Of a DNA stretch of 15,269 nt, positions 1-8,310 are shown piece by piece. Every line of letters begins with the position of its first letter. Position 1 is the stretch's first letter. The notes under the pieces are model-generated. The model ran no database searches and had not been told where the DNA came from. It saw nothing but the letters and a program-made list of their open reading frames with translations. Made by a program: the position numbers and the translations under genes. The stretch lies in contig DASXQR010000111.1 in NCBI GenBank assembly GCA_036507075.1, positions 1 to 15,269 of the forward strand, given 5' to 3'. The stretch is from Acidobacteriota bacterium (GTDB taxonomy: Bacteria > Acidobacteriota > UBA6911 > JACQSX01).

Positions 1-89
1 TGACGGCCTGGAGCTCAAAGCATGAAGGCCAATAAAGATTGTGCGCGGTTGTTTGCGTCGGCCTTCATGCTTCGAGCTCCAGGCCGTCA
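1..89. repeat. REP/REPIN-like inverted repeat (30-bp arms, 29-nt spacer), probably truncated by the window start
   Basis: 1-30 TGACGGCCTGGAGCTCAAAGCATGAAGGCC versus 60-89 GGCCTTCATGCTTCGAGCTCCAGGCCGTCA: reverse complements with 1 mismatch. Each arm also has an internal GGCCT...AGGCC dyad. Confidence 0.85.
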
Positions 90-100
90 CCCCGCGCTAT

Positions 101-130
101 CTTGGCGTTCTTGGCGCTCTTCGCGGTTAA
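101..130 (-). repeat. Single arm of the 8-9-bp-period 'ACC(A/G)C-AAG' repeat family
   Basis: Minus strand reads TTAACCGCGAAG-AGCGCCAAG-AACGCCAAG, the same architecture as TTTACCACAAAG-GCACAAAG-AACACGAAG at 1421-1449. Confidence 0.6.
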
Positions 131-201
131 GTTTTCTTGAACAACCCGGCCTGCGTGAACCTTCTTCCAGTTGTGTGCCTCTAAAATACCGGAGACAGAC
201 G

Positions 202-312
202 ATGGAGAAGAGCAGGTTTTATCTGATTCTGGCGCTGGCAGCCGCCTTTATGTTGTACTGCCTGTTTGTTCGCGGATTTATCGCCGCCAGCGCGTTCCTT
301 CCAAGACTCTGA
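202..312 (+). CDS. Putative small single-pass membrane protein (36 aa, MEKSRFYLILALAAAFMLYCLFVRGFIAASAFLPRL)
   Basis: GGAG at 191-194, 7 nt before ATG 202. Charged N-terminus followed by a ~20-aa hydrophobic stretch. Fits the gap without overlapping recA. No recognisable homology. Confidence 0.4.
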   Translation: MEKSRFYLILALAAAFMLYCLFVRGFIAASAFLPRL

Positions 313-346
313 GACCTCTGTACGGCTCTTCCCACACGCGAGGTTT

Positions 347-1372
347 TCAACTTTTGGCTGCCCCGGCAGTCTCGGCCCTGGCCATGCCCAGCGTCTCGGT
401 GATTTTTCCAGCCAGTCCCGCGGCAATTTCCGGGTGTTCTTTCAAAAACTGGCGCGCATTTTCGCGACCCTGACCCAGACGCTCCCCCTTGAATGAAAAC
501 CAGCTTCCACTTTTCTCGATGACGCGCTTCTCAACCCCCAGATCCAACAGGTCGCCCTCGCGTGATATACCTTCGCCAAAAAGAATGTCAAACTCAGCCT
601 CGCGGAAAGGAGGCGCAAGTTTATTTTTGACCACCTTTATCTTGGTACGATTCCCGATCACCTGGTCGCCTTCTTTCAGTGATGCCACGCGCCGGATTTC
701 CAGACGGATCGAGGAATAGAACTTGAGCGCGCGGCCGCCTGTCGTGGTTTCCGGGTTTCCGAACATCACGCCGATTTTCTCGCGAATCTGATTGATGAAG
801 ATCAGACAAGTGTTTGACTTGGAAACAATGCCGGTCAGCTTGCGCATGGCCTGCGACATCAGGCGGGCCTGAACCCCCATGTGGGAGTCGCCCATTTCTC
901 CCTCCAGCTCGGCCCTGGGAACCAGCGCCGCCACGGAATCCACCACCAGCACATCCACGGCGCCGGAGCGCACCAGCACTTCGGCGATCTCAAGCGCCTG
1001 CTCTCCGCTGTCGGGCTGTGAAACCAGAAGTTCGTCGATGTTGACGCCGAGCCTTTGAGCATATCCGGCGTCCATAGCATGCTCGGCGTCAATAAAGGCC
1101 GCCGTTCCGCCCACTTTTTGCGCTTCTGCGACCACCTGCAGAGCAATGGTGGTCTTTCCACTCGACTCCGGACCAAAGATTTCAACCACACGTCCCCGCG
1201 GGAATCCCCCAATCCCCAGCGCAGCATCAACGGCAAGCGATCCCGATGAAATCACCGGAATGGCCTGCACCGGCTGCGATCCGAGCTTCATGATCGCCCC
1301 TTTTCCGAACTGGCGCTCAATCTGGGTCAGCGCAGTCTCGATGGCTCGGGATTTTGCATTCTTGTCGTTCAT
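347..1372 (-). CDS. recA: Recombinase RecA (341 aa)
   Basis: Motifs [11 protein letters not shown], Walker [40 protein letters not shown]. Start set at ATG 1372 (MNDKNAK) with AAGGAG at 1379-1384; the ORF-track extension to 1438 runs through a repeat. Confidence 0.99.
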   Translation of the reverse strand: MNDKNAKSRAIETALTQIERQFGKGAIMKLGSQPVQAIPVISSGSLAVDAALGIGGFPRGRVVEIFGPESSGKTTIALQVVAEAQKVGGTAAFIDAEHAMDAGYAQRLGVNIDELLVSQPDSGEQALEIAEVLVRSGAVDVLVVDSVAALVPRAELEGEMGDSHMGVQARLMSQAMRKLTGIVSKSNTCLIFINQIREKIGVMFGNPETTTGGRALKFYSSIRLEIRRVASLKEGDQVIGNRTKIKVVKNKLAPPFREAEFDILFGEGISREGDLLDLGVEKRVIEKSGSWFSFKGERLGQGRENARQFLKEHPEIAAGLAGKITETLGMARAETAGAAKS

Positions 1373-1386
1373 TTGTTTCTCCTTAC

Positions 1387-1449
1387 CTTCGTGGCTTTTG
1401 TCTCTGTGGTAAAGACTGGATTTACCACAAAGGCACAAAGAACACGAAG
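1387..1449. repeat. Imperfect inverted repeat of the ACCACAAAG family directly upstream of the recA RBS
   Basis: CTTCGTGGCTTTTGTCTCTGTGGTAAA (1387-1413), 7-nt loop, TTTACCACAAAGGCACAAAGAACACGAAG (1421-1449). Confidence 0.85.
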
Positions 1450-1520
1450 AAGCTTAATTCGACTTCGGGACACGATGTTCCTCTGCCATACATAACCGCC
1501 CTGATTGGAATTCTGCGAAA

Positions 1521-2384
1521 TTATTTTTCGTATAAATAAAACCCCCGCCCGCTCTTCTTTCCCAGGAATCCGGCTGCCACCATCTTTACGAGCAGAGGAC
1601 AAGCGCGATATTTCGGGTCCCGGAAATTTTCATAAAGCACATTCAAAATATCGAGACAGACATCCAACCCTATGAAGTCGGCCAGTTGGAGCGGGCCCAT
1701 AGGGTGATTCATCCCGATCTTCATCACCGTATCAATCGATTCGGCGGTACTGACGCCTTCCTGCAGCGCGAACATGGCTTCGTTGAGCATCGGCATCAAC
1801 ACGCGATTGGACACAAAGCCGGGCGAGTCATTCACAGCAACCGCCGTTTTGCCAAGAGCTTCGGCCAGCTCGCGGGTGATTTCGTAAGTGCGGTCTGAAG
1901 TCTGCAGTCCCCGGATAATTTCCACCAGCTTCATCAGCGGCACCGGGTTCATGAAATGCATTCCAATAACACGGTCGGGACTCCGCGTGGCCGCCGCCAG
2001 GCGGGTGATGGAAATCGAGGAAGTATTGGACGCGATTACTGAATGCTGCGGCAGAATTCCGTCCAGTTTCTCGATCACCTGAAGTTTCAAGTCCAGATTC
2101 TCGTTGATGGCCTCTATGGCAAAATCCGCGTCGGCCATGCTTTCCCAGGTGGTGGAGAAACTGATCCTGGCGAGAATCTCCTGTACCGAGGCGCCGGCCT
2201 CAGTTCCCTGCTGTTTGAAAAGAATTTTCTTCAGGCTGCCTTCCATAGCCTGGTGCGACCGCTCGAGCACTGCCGGTTCCACATCTTTCACGACGGTTGA
2301 GAAGCCTGAGGCGGCGATCACCTGGGCAATACCGGTTCCCATCGTTCCCGCCCCCACCACCGCGATCTTCTTCAGCGCCTTCAC
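1521..2384 (-). CDS. hbd: 3-hydroxybutyryl-CoA (3-hydroxyacyl-CoA) dehydrogenase, 287 aa
   Basis: Rossmann [18 protein letters not shown], catalytic [40 protein letters not shown]. The GTG start overlaps the thiolase stop (GTGA), suggesting translational coupling. Confidence 0.95.
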   Translation of the reverse strand: MKALKKIAVVGAGTMGTGIAQVIAASGFSTVVKDVEPAVLERSHQAMEGSLKKILFKQQGTEAGASVQEILARISFSTTWESMADADFAIEAINENLDLKLQVIEKLDGILPQHSVIASNTSSISITRLAAATRSPDRVIGMHFMNPVPLMKLVEIIRGLQTSDRTYEITRELAEALGKTAVAVNDSPGFVSNRVLMPMLNEAMFALQEGVSTAESIDTVMKIGMNHPMGPLQLADFIGLDVCLDILNVLYENFRDPKYRACPLLVKMVAAGFLGKKSGRGFYLYEK

Positions 2385-3562
2385 ACTCGCTCCACGGCCA
2401 TGGCCACCGCGTTTCCACCTCCCAGACAGAGGGCGGCAATGCCTCTCCGTTTGCCTGAATGCTTCAAAGCATACAAAAGGGTAACCAGGATCCTGGCTCC
2501 GGAAGCGCCGATCGGGTGCCCCAAAGCGACCGCTCCGCCGTGAATGTTGACGCGGTCCGGGTCGAGTTTCAACTCCCGAATCAGGGCGACCGATTGAACC
2601 GAGAATGCTTCGTTGAGCTCATAAAGATCCACGTCCTGAGACTTCCAGCCGGTTTTGCTCCATACCTGACGAACGGCCTCCAGCGGCGCCATCATCACGA
2701 GCGCCGGCTCAATTCCGCTGGTGGAATAAGCAACGATGCGCGCCACTGGTTTGAGATTTCTTTCGTGAAGAATTCTTTCGGAAACGACCATCAGAGCGGC
2801 GGCGCCATCGTTCACGCCCGAGGCATTCCCCGCCGTAACGGTGCCATCGGCCTGGAAGGCGGGTTTTAACTTCGCCAGCGCTTCCAGGGATGTATCCTCG
2901 CGCGGCCCCTCGTCGGTCTTGATCAGGAGCGATGCGTCCTTTTTTTGCTTTACTTCCAGGGGCACAATTTCATCCTGAAATTTGCCGGTTTTGGAGGCCG
3001 CCACCGCCTTCTGGTGGCTCTTGAAAGCGTATTCGTCCTGCTCGCGGCGCGTGACATTCCATCGCTGCGAAACAATCTCGCCGGTACAGCCCATGTGAAA
3101 GTTCTCATAAGCGTCCCAGAGACCGTCATGAATCATCGAATCCAACATCTGGCCGTGCCCCAGACGGCGACCCTCCCTGACCTCAGTGAGCAGGTAGGGC
3201 GCGTTGCTCATGCTTTCCATGCCACCGGCAACGACAATGTTCTGATCGCCGGCTCGAATTGATTGTGCCGCCAGCATGACGGACTTCAAACCGGAACCGC
3301 AGACTTTGTTTACCGTCATGGCAGCTACTGCCGCAGGAAGTCCTGCACCCAGGGCCGCCTGGCGCGCCGGATTCTGCCCCAGTCCGGCGGAGACTACATT
3401 TCCCATGATCACTTCTTCGACCTCCGCAGGATCGATGCCGCTGCGGCAAGTGGCCTCGCGAACGACGATCGATCCAAGCTGCATGGCTGAAAAAGATTTC
3501 AGACCGCCCAGGAACTTTCCTATCGCGGTTCGAACACCGGATACGATGTAGGCTTCCGGCAT
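2381..3562 (-). CDS. atoB: Acetyl-CoA C-acetyltransferase (thiolase), 393 aa
   Basis: [15 protein letters not shown], active-site [33 protein letters not shown]. Start chosen at ATG 3562 (MPEAYIV) from typical thiolase length; the RBS is weak. The symbol could equally be thlA/phaA. Confidence 0.95.
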   Translation of the reverse strand: MPEAYIVSGVRTAIGKFLGGLKSFSAMQLGSIVVREATCRSGIDPAEVEEVIMGNVVSAGLGQNPARQAALGAGLPAAVAAMTVNKVCGSGLKSVMLAAQSIRAGDQNIVVAGGMESMSNAPYLLTEVREGRRLGHGQMLDSMIHDGLWDAYENFHMGCTGEIVSQRWNVTRREQDEYAFKSHQKAVAASKTGKFQDEIVPLEVKQKKDASLLIKTDEGPREDTSLEALAKLKPAFQADGTVTAGNASGVNDGAAALMVVSERILHERNLKPVARIVAYSTSGIEPALVMMAPLEAVRQVWSKTGWKSQDVDLYELNEAFSVQSVALIRELKLDPDRVNIHGGAVALGHPIGASGARILVTLLYALKHSGKRRGIAALCLGGGNAVAMAVERV

Positions 3563-3656
3563 GGATGATTGTCCAGAAAGGGTCTTCAAATGACGTTGTG
3601 GTGGAGAAATCGACTCTACAGGAGGCGGAGGAATGTGTCAATTCCGTGGGGACCGT

Positions 3657-3701
3657 TTGGTGCCTTTGTGGTTGAAAAGAATGGAACCACCAAGGCACCA
3701 A
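3657..3701. repeat. Short inverted repeat of the ACCACAAAG family in the thiolase/rpmB divergent gap
   Basis: TTGGTGCCTTTGTGGTT (3657-3673), 11-nt loop, AACCACCAAGGCACCAA (3685-3701); 16 of 17 complementary. Confidence 0.8.
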
Positions 3702-3754
3702 GCCTGGGTTTCTGCTGAATGCCGAAGTGATGGCGGGGAATATGTATACGGAGA

Positions 3755-3783
3755 TTGACGAAAATACGCGGGTGTTAGATACT
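3755..3783 (+). promoter_or_regulatory. Predicted sigma70-type promoter of rpmB-ridA
   Basis: TTGACG (3755-3760), 17 nt, GATACT (3778-3783). GAGG RBS at 3807-3810 before ATG 3816. Confidence 0.65.
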
Positions 3784-3815
3784 TTAGGTTTTCGAAGTGG
3801 GAATTCGAGGCAACT

Positions 3816-4013
3816 ATGGCAAGAGCGTGTTCAGTTTGTGGCAAAGAGGCCCAGTATGGGCATCGCATCAGCCACGCGCATAATGTGTCAAACAGAAAAT
3901 TTGATCCAAACCTGCACTATGTTCGGGCCGTTGTAGACGGAGTAACCAAACGCATACGCGTCTGCACGCGATGCCTGCGCTCCGGTAAGGTCCGCAAGCC
4001 GGCACTTGCCTGA
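3816..4013 (+). CDS. rpmB: 50S ribosomal protein L28 (bL28), Zn-ribbon form
   Basis: MARACSVCGK...GHRISHAHNVSNRKFDPNL...RIRVCTRCLRSGKV; two CxxC pairs; RBS present. Confidence 0.97.
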   Translation: MARACSVCGKEAQYGHRISHAHNVSNRKFDPNLHYVRAVVDGVTKRIRVCTRCLRSGKVRKPALA

Positions 4014-4393
4014 TGAGCCGATCCGTGGTGCGCACCGACCGCGCCCCCAAGGCGATTGGTCCCTACTCCCAGGCTATCGCAACTGACAGTTTGATATTTG
4101 TATCCGGGCAGATTCCTATCGATCCGGCTACGGGAAACCTTACCGGCGGCGGGATAGTGGATCAGACGCATCAAGTTCTGAAAAATCTTTCCTCCATTCT
4201 GGAAGCCGCCGGCAGCAGCCTGAAAAAGGCGGTTAAGACTACCGTATACCTGAGCGACATGAATATGTTCCAGGAGATGAACGCTGTTTATCAGGAATAC
4301 TTCCAGGCCGATCCTCCCGCCCGCGCCACCGTCCAGGTCTCACGCCTGCCCAAGGATGTCCTGGTCGAAATAGATGTGATAGCGGCTAAGTAG
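4013..4393 (+). CDS. ridA: RidA/YjgF/UK114 family enamine/imine deaminase, 126 aa
   Basis: APKAIGPYSQA, VSGQIPIDP, KTTVYL, PARATVQVSRLP with the catalytic Arg, VEIDVIA. TGATG overlap with rpmB. Confidence 0.95.
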   Translation: MSRSVVRTDRAPKAIGPYSQAIATDSLIFVSGQIPIDPATGNLTGGGIVDQTHQVLKNLSSILEAAGSSLKKAVKTTVYLSDMNMFQEMNAVYQEYFQADPPARATVQVSRLPKDVLVEIDVIAAK

Positions 4394-4394
4394 C

Positions 4395-4546
4395 TTTCAC
4401 CACAAAGACACAAAGGGCACAAAGTCGGACGAGGGGTGAACAGAGTCCGGTCTGCCTCAGAATATTGCCAATGCTCACCTTGTAGAACAGACCGGACTCT
4501 GTCCACCCCTCGTCTCTCTTCGTGCCCTTTGTGTCTTGTGGTGAAA
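4395..4546. repeat. ~152-bp palindromic element, copy 1 (REPIN/MITE-like), between convergent ridA and rel
   Basis: Arms 4395-4454 and 4488-4546 (~60 bp, 1 indel and about 5 mismatches); 33-nt loop; termini TTTCACCACAAAG...TTGTGGTGAAA. Confidence 0.92.
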
Positions 4547-4562
4547 ACTCCCTTCGACGTTT

Positions 4563-6722
4563 TTATTTAAACCGCGCCACGTCATAGACGCCGGGCACGC
4601 CCTTGATGTAGCTGATCACCCGGTCCAGATGCTCCATATCTTTAATCTGCAGCGTCATGTCGATCTTTCCGCTGCGGTTCTCAAAGCTGCTGGCCTTGAC
4701 GGTAACGATGTTGGTGTCCACCTTCGCCACAGCGGCGGTAATATCTGCCAGGATCCCCTGACGATCTTCCGTATGAACGCTGACTTTTACCGGATAAACC
4801 TCGCCGTCAACTTCACCGGTCCAGGCCACTTCAATTTTCCGTTCAGGGTTATGCAGCAGGTTTTCCAGATTGGAGCAGCGCGCGGAATGGACCGCGATTC
4901 CCTTCCCGACCGTGATGTACCCGACAATTTCCTCTCCTCGAATCGGATTACAACATTTGGCGCGGTAAACCAGAAGATCGTCGTGCCCCTTGACGGTGAT
5001 CTTTGAATCCGACCGCCGGAAAACCTTGTTCACCATGGTACTGAGCCTGGAGTCCTTAGGCTCTGGGACGTCGGATCTCACCGCGGCCGGTTCCATAAGA
5101 GACAGCACCTGGCGTGCAGGAGTTTTTCCGTAGCCGACCTCGGACAACATGTCTTCCAGTTTGGCTGCGTTGCACTGCGCCAGCAGTCTTTGCTGGTCCT
5201 CGCCCGGCTGCCAGAACTTCTTCATGTTGACTTTGTACTTGCGCGCTTCTTTTTCCAATAGCTTGCGACCCACTTCAATGGCGCGCTCTTTCTGCTTGGT
5301 ATTCAGCCAGTGCCGTATCCGGTTGCGCGCCCGGCTCGTCTTGACCAGTGCGAGCCAATCGCGGCTCGGTTTGGATAACGTGCCGGTCAGAATTTCGCAG
5401 ATTTCGCCGTTCTTAAGTTTGTATTTCAGCGGCACCAGACGGCCGTTGACTTTGGCGCCGGTGCAGCGATGACCCACGTCGGTGTGAATCGCATAGGCGA
5501 AATCTACGGGCGTCGCCCCGCGTGGAAGCGTAATTACGTCGCCGCGGGGCGTGAAAATGTAAACCTCTTCCGGGTAGAGATCGATCTTCAGGCTGGACAA
5601 AAACTGCTGCGGGTCCTTGACTTCCTTTTGCCACTCCAGCAGGTGTCGCAGCCAGACAAACCGCTGGTCATCCTGCTCCTCCTTGAATTTGCCTTCCTTG
5701 TACTTCCAGTGCGCTGCAATTCCTTCCTCGGCGATGCGATGCATTTCCCGGGTCCGGATCTGCACTTCGAAGGGCTGCCCGTTGGTCCCGATCACGGTGC
5801 TGTGAAGCGATTGATACATATTGGGACGCGGCATTGCGATGTAATCCTTGATGCGGCCGGGAACCGGACTCCAAAGATTGTTCACAACCCCGAGAATGGT
5901 GTAACAATCCTTTACCGAATCCGTGATCACGCGCAGAGCAATAAAATCGTAAACCTGGTCAACGGTTACCTTCTGGCGCCGCATCTTGGAGTGGATGCTG
6001 TAGATTCTCTTGATGCGACTCTGCATCTCGGCGTGGATGCCGTGCTCGCGCAGCTTTTCGTCCATTTCACGTGTAATCTCAGCGATGAAGGAATCGCTGT
6101 ACTCTTTTTTGTCCCGCACCTGCTGCAGCACATTGTTGTAAGTCGCGGGATCGAGGTAACTGAAAGCCAGATCTTCCAGTTCGGAGCGGATCTTTGCCAT
6201 TCCCAGCCGGTGCGCGATAGGAGCATAAATATCGAGCGTTTCCTGCGCGATTTGTTTTTGCTTCTCCGCGGGAAGGAACTGCAGAGTGCGCATGTTGTGA
6301 AGGCGGTCGGCCAGTTTCACCAGGATGACCCGCACGTCATCGATCATCGCCATCAACAGCTTGCGGAAGTTCTCGGCCTGTTTTTCCTCCTTGCTTGAAA
6401 ACTGGATCTTGCTGATTTTGGTTACGCCGTCAACGATATGCGCCACATCATCACCGAACATCTGCTGCAGCGTTTCGAATGTGGTGAGCGTATCTTCAAG
6501 AACGTCATGCAGTAGACCAACGCTGACACTGATGACGTCCAGCTTCATCTCAGCCAGGAGGTTGGCCACTTCCAGGGGATGGGAAAGGTACGGCTCCCCG
6601 GACTGCCGCACCTGCCCCTTGTGCCCGCGAGCGGAAAACACGTAGGCCTTGCGCAGCAGGTCCAGGTCTGCGCGGGGGTGGTACTGCTCCACTTTCCTTG
6701 CCAGGTCTTCGAAACGAATCAT
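4563..6722 (-). CDS. relA: Bifunctional (p)ppGpp synthetase/hydrolase, long RSH (Rel/SpoT type), 719 aa
   Basis: Intact hydrolase motifs (SGEPYLSHP, HDVLED, VKLADRLHN), synthetase RIKD (RxKD), YQSLH, EVQIRT, AAHWKYK, TGS (FTPRG...DFAYAIHT), AKCCNP and a C-terminal ACT domain. Start set at ATG 6722 (MIRFEDL). Confidence 0.97.
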   Translation of the reverse strand: MIRFEDLARKVEQYHPRADLDLLRKAYVFSARGHKGQVRQSGEPYLSHPLEVANLLAEMKLDVISVSVGLLHDVLEDTLTTFETLQQMFGDDVAHIVDGVTKISKIQFSSKEEKQAENFRKLLMAMIDDVRVILVKLADRLHNMRTLQFLPAEKQKQIAQETLDIYAPIAHRLGMAKIRSELEDLAFSYLDPATYNNVLQQVRDKKEYSDSFIAEITREMDEKLREHGIHAEMQSRIKRIYSIHSKMRRQKVTVDQVYDFIALRVITDSVKDCYTILGVVNNLWSPVPGRIKDYIAMPRPNMYQSLHSTVIGTNGQPFEVQIRTREMHRIAEEGIAAHWKYKEGKFKEEQDDQRFVWLRHLLEWQKEVKDPQQFLSSLKIDLYPEEVYIFTPRGDVITLPRGATPVDFAYAIHTDVGHRCTGAKVNGRLVPLKYKLKNGEICEILTGTLSKPSRDWLALVKTSRARNRIRHWLNTKQKERAIEVGRKLLEKEARKYKVNMKKFWQPGEDQQRLLAQCNAAKLEDMLSEVGYGKTPARQVLSLMEPAAVRSDVPEPKDSRLSTMVNKVFRRSDSKITVKGHDDLLVYRAKCCNPIRGEEIVGYITVGKGIAVHSARCSNLENLLHNPERKIEVAWTGEVDGEVYPVKVSVHTEDRQGILADITAAVAKVDTNIVTVKASSFENRSGKIDMTLQIKDMEHLDRVISYIKGVPGVYDVARFK

Positions 6723-6781
6723 GACCGCTCTATCTATTGTAAACGAAAGGGGCCGTCCCGCTGTGAAGGCACGATGTGAGC

Positions 6782-6935
6782 TTTCACCGCAAAGACACGA
6801 AGGACACAAAGCCAGACGAGGGTCCGGCAGAGTCCGGTCAGTGCTGCAAAGTGAGTATTGGCAACGTTTTTAGAGCTGACCGGACCCTGCCGAACCCTCG
6901 TCCGACTTTGTGCCTTTTGTGTCTTTGTGGTGAAA
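6782..6935. repeat. ~154-bp palindromic element, copy 2, upstream of rel, inverted relative to copy 1
   Basis: Arms 6782-6841 and 6876-6935. The 34-nt loop TGCTGCAAAGTGAGTATTGGCAACGTTTTTAGAG matches the reverse complement of the copy 1 loop (TTCTACAAGGTGAGCATTGGCAATATTCTGAGG). Confidence 0.92.
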
Positions 6936-6978
6936 AAACTTGCGGGGACTTGCAGAGTTGCCCGGGAAACGACCTGAA

Positions 6979-7782
6979 TCAACTCTTCTTGGTGATGGTC
7001 ACTTTCCCCATGGCCTTGCGCGCTTTTTCTTCTTCCTGCTGCTGCTTCTTCTTCATCTCCATGGCGCTCAGAGCCAGTTTGTCGGCTTCCTTGTTCCACT
7101 GTTCCTTTTCGGCCGGATCCGTGGACAACTTTGCCTTTTCGCGGTAGGTAAGATTGAGAAACTGCGCCGCATCTGCGTAATCGGGCTTCATCTGCAGCGC
7201 TTTCTTCAAAGCGTCGATTCCTTCGTCGACCAGGCGCATTGCTTCGGCGCGCTCTTCGGGAGACATGTTCCTGACGCCTTCCCCGGTCACGCCGGTTTTG
7301 GAATATACAAGGTTAAAATTCGTGCTCCCGATGCCGTACAAAGGCTCCGGGTTTGAAGGGTCCGCCTCCAGGCGTTTCCGGTACCACTTCTTGGCCTCTT
7401 CGTGGTTCTCCAGGTCGGTATAGGTCCGCGCGATGCTGGCCAGCGCGGTAATGTTTTTGGGGTCTTTTTTCAGGACTTCCTGGAAAATCTCGATCGCCTT
7501 ATTGGCTCTGTCCAGGTTCTCTTTTGACTGGGCACCCGGAATGTACATCGTCCGGTAGGTTGTTGCCAGATAGACATCGGCGGTCACCAGATTCGGATCC
7601 ATTTGCCTGGCCTCCTCAAAGTATCGGATAGCCTCCGGATACCTTTTGCCGGCATAGGCGGCGACGCCCTTGTTCAAACGATCCCGCGCCTTCAGCTTGT
7701 CCGCAATGTGGCAACTGGACGCAGTCGCCAGAACAAAAACAACCAGAACAAGCATGGCAATTACCGTGCCATATTTCCGCAT
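6979..7782 (-). CDS. Tetratricopeptide-repeat protein, probable lipoprotein (267 aa)
   Basis: GGAGG at 7790-7794 before ATG 7782. Signal MRKY + hydrophobic stretch + ASS-C24 (lipobox-like). TPR-like helices (YPEAIRYFEEARQMDP, AIEIFQEVLKKDP, AKKWYRKRLEADP, GIDALKKALQMKP). Confidence 0.85.
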   Translation of the reverse strand: MRKYGTVIAMLVLVVFVLATASSCHIADKLKARDRLNKGVAAYAGKRYPEAIRYFEEARQMDPNLVTADVYLATTYRTMYIPGAQSKENLDRANKAIEIFQEVLKKDPKNITALASIARTYTDLENHEEAKKWYRKRLEADPSNPEPLYGIGSTNFNLVYSKTGVTGEGVRNMSPEERAEAMRLVDEGIDALKKALQMKPDYADAAQFLNLTYREKAKLSTDPAEKEQWNKEADKLALSAMEMKKKQQQEEEKARKAMGKVTITKKS

Positions 7783-7819
7783 TGCAATGCCTCCCACAGA
7801 ACCCGGGAAAACTCCCGCG

Positions 7820-8260
7820 CTAACCTCCCGACGCTACCTTCACTTCTTCGTCGGTGATTAATCCGATGTCCCCCACGCCCGATCCTTTGGCGATATCAAT
7901 AACCTTGACCACGCTGCCGAAGGGAAGATCCTTGGCTCCCCGGATGAACATGTTCTTGTTCGGCCTGGCGCTGTATATATCGAACAGCTTGGGACCAAGC
8001 TGTTCCATCGTGACAGGATCCGCGTTGATCATCAGGTTGGACTTTTCATCAATGGAAACCACGATGGTGTCGGTGATGATTTTGACGTTCTTTGGAAGTT
8101 CCTGCTTTTCGGACTTTTCCGGTACCCTGGCTTCCAGATCGTACTGATCAACCGGCTGGATAACCATAAATATGATCAGCAGCACCAGAAGGATGTCAAT
8201 GTAGGGGGTGACATTAATATCAGACTTAGGTCCCCCACTCGCGCCGACCGCCATTGCCAT
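7820..8260 (-). CDS. exbD: ExbD/TolR family biopolymer transport protein (second paralogue), 146 aa
   Basis: INVTPYIDILLVLLIIFMV with the conserved TM Asp; FIRGAKDLPFGSVVKVID; GAGGAG RBS at 8269-8274. Confidence 0.92.
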   Translation of the reverse strand: MAMAVGASGGPKSDINVTPYIDILLVLLIIFMVIQPVDQYDLEARVPEKSEKQELPKNVKIITDTIVVSIDEKSNLMINADPVTMEQLGPKLFDIYSARPNKNMFIRGAKDLPFGSVVKVIDIAKGSGVGDIGLITDEEVKVASGG

Positions 8261-8310
8261 AGAAAGAACTCCTCGTTATCAATCTCCTAATTGCGGATTC
8301 CAAAATTGAA

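Noticed and set aside
1373..1438. N-terminal extension of RecA (MCLCGKSS...) in the ORF track
   Set aside because: It is translation through the inverted repeat; a strong RBS sits before ATG 1372.
1450..1520. LexA/SOS box upstream of recA
   Set aside because: No match to GTTC-N7-GTTC, GAAC-N4-GTTC or CTGT-N8-ACAG; only a lone GTTC at 1477-1480.
4395..4562. Classical intrinsic terminator between ridA and rel
   Set aside because: The hairpin is far longer than a terminator and has no adjacent U-tract on either strand; it is recorded as a repeat instead.
5469..6398. Long plus-strand ORFs antisense to rel, secD, tonB, exbD and tgt (for example 309 aa here)
   Set aside because: They are shadow ORFs of GC-biased coding strands with no recognisable motifs.
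6723..6809. Cys-rich N-terminal extension of Rel (MCPSCLCGE...)
   Set aside because: The CLCG pattern is what the ACCACAAAG repeat encodes on its reverse strand; the same peptide appears in the ORFs at 4291-4506 and 6776-7147.
4395..6935. CRISPR array or composite transposon
   Set aside because: There are no regularly spaced direct repeats with unique spacers, no cas or transposase gene and no evident target duplication; the enclosed gene is a core gene.
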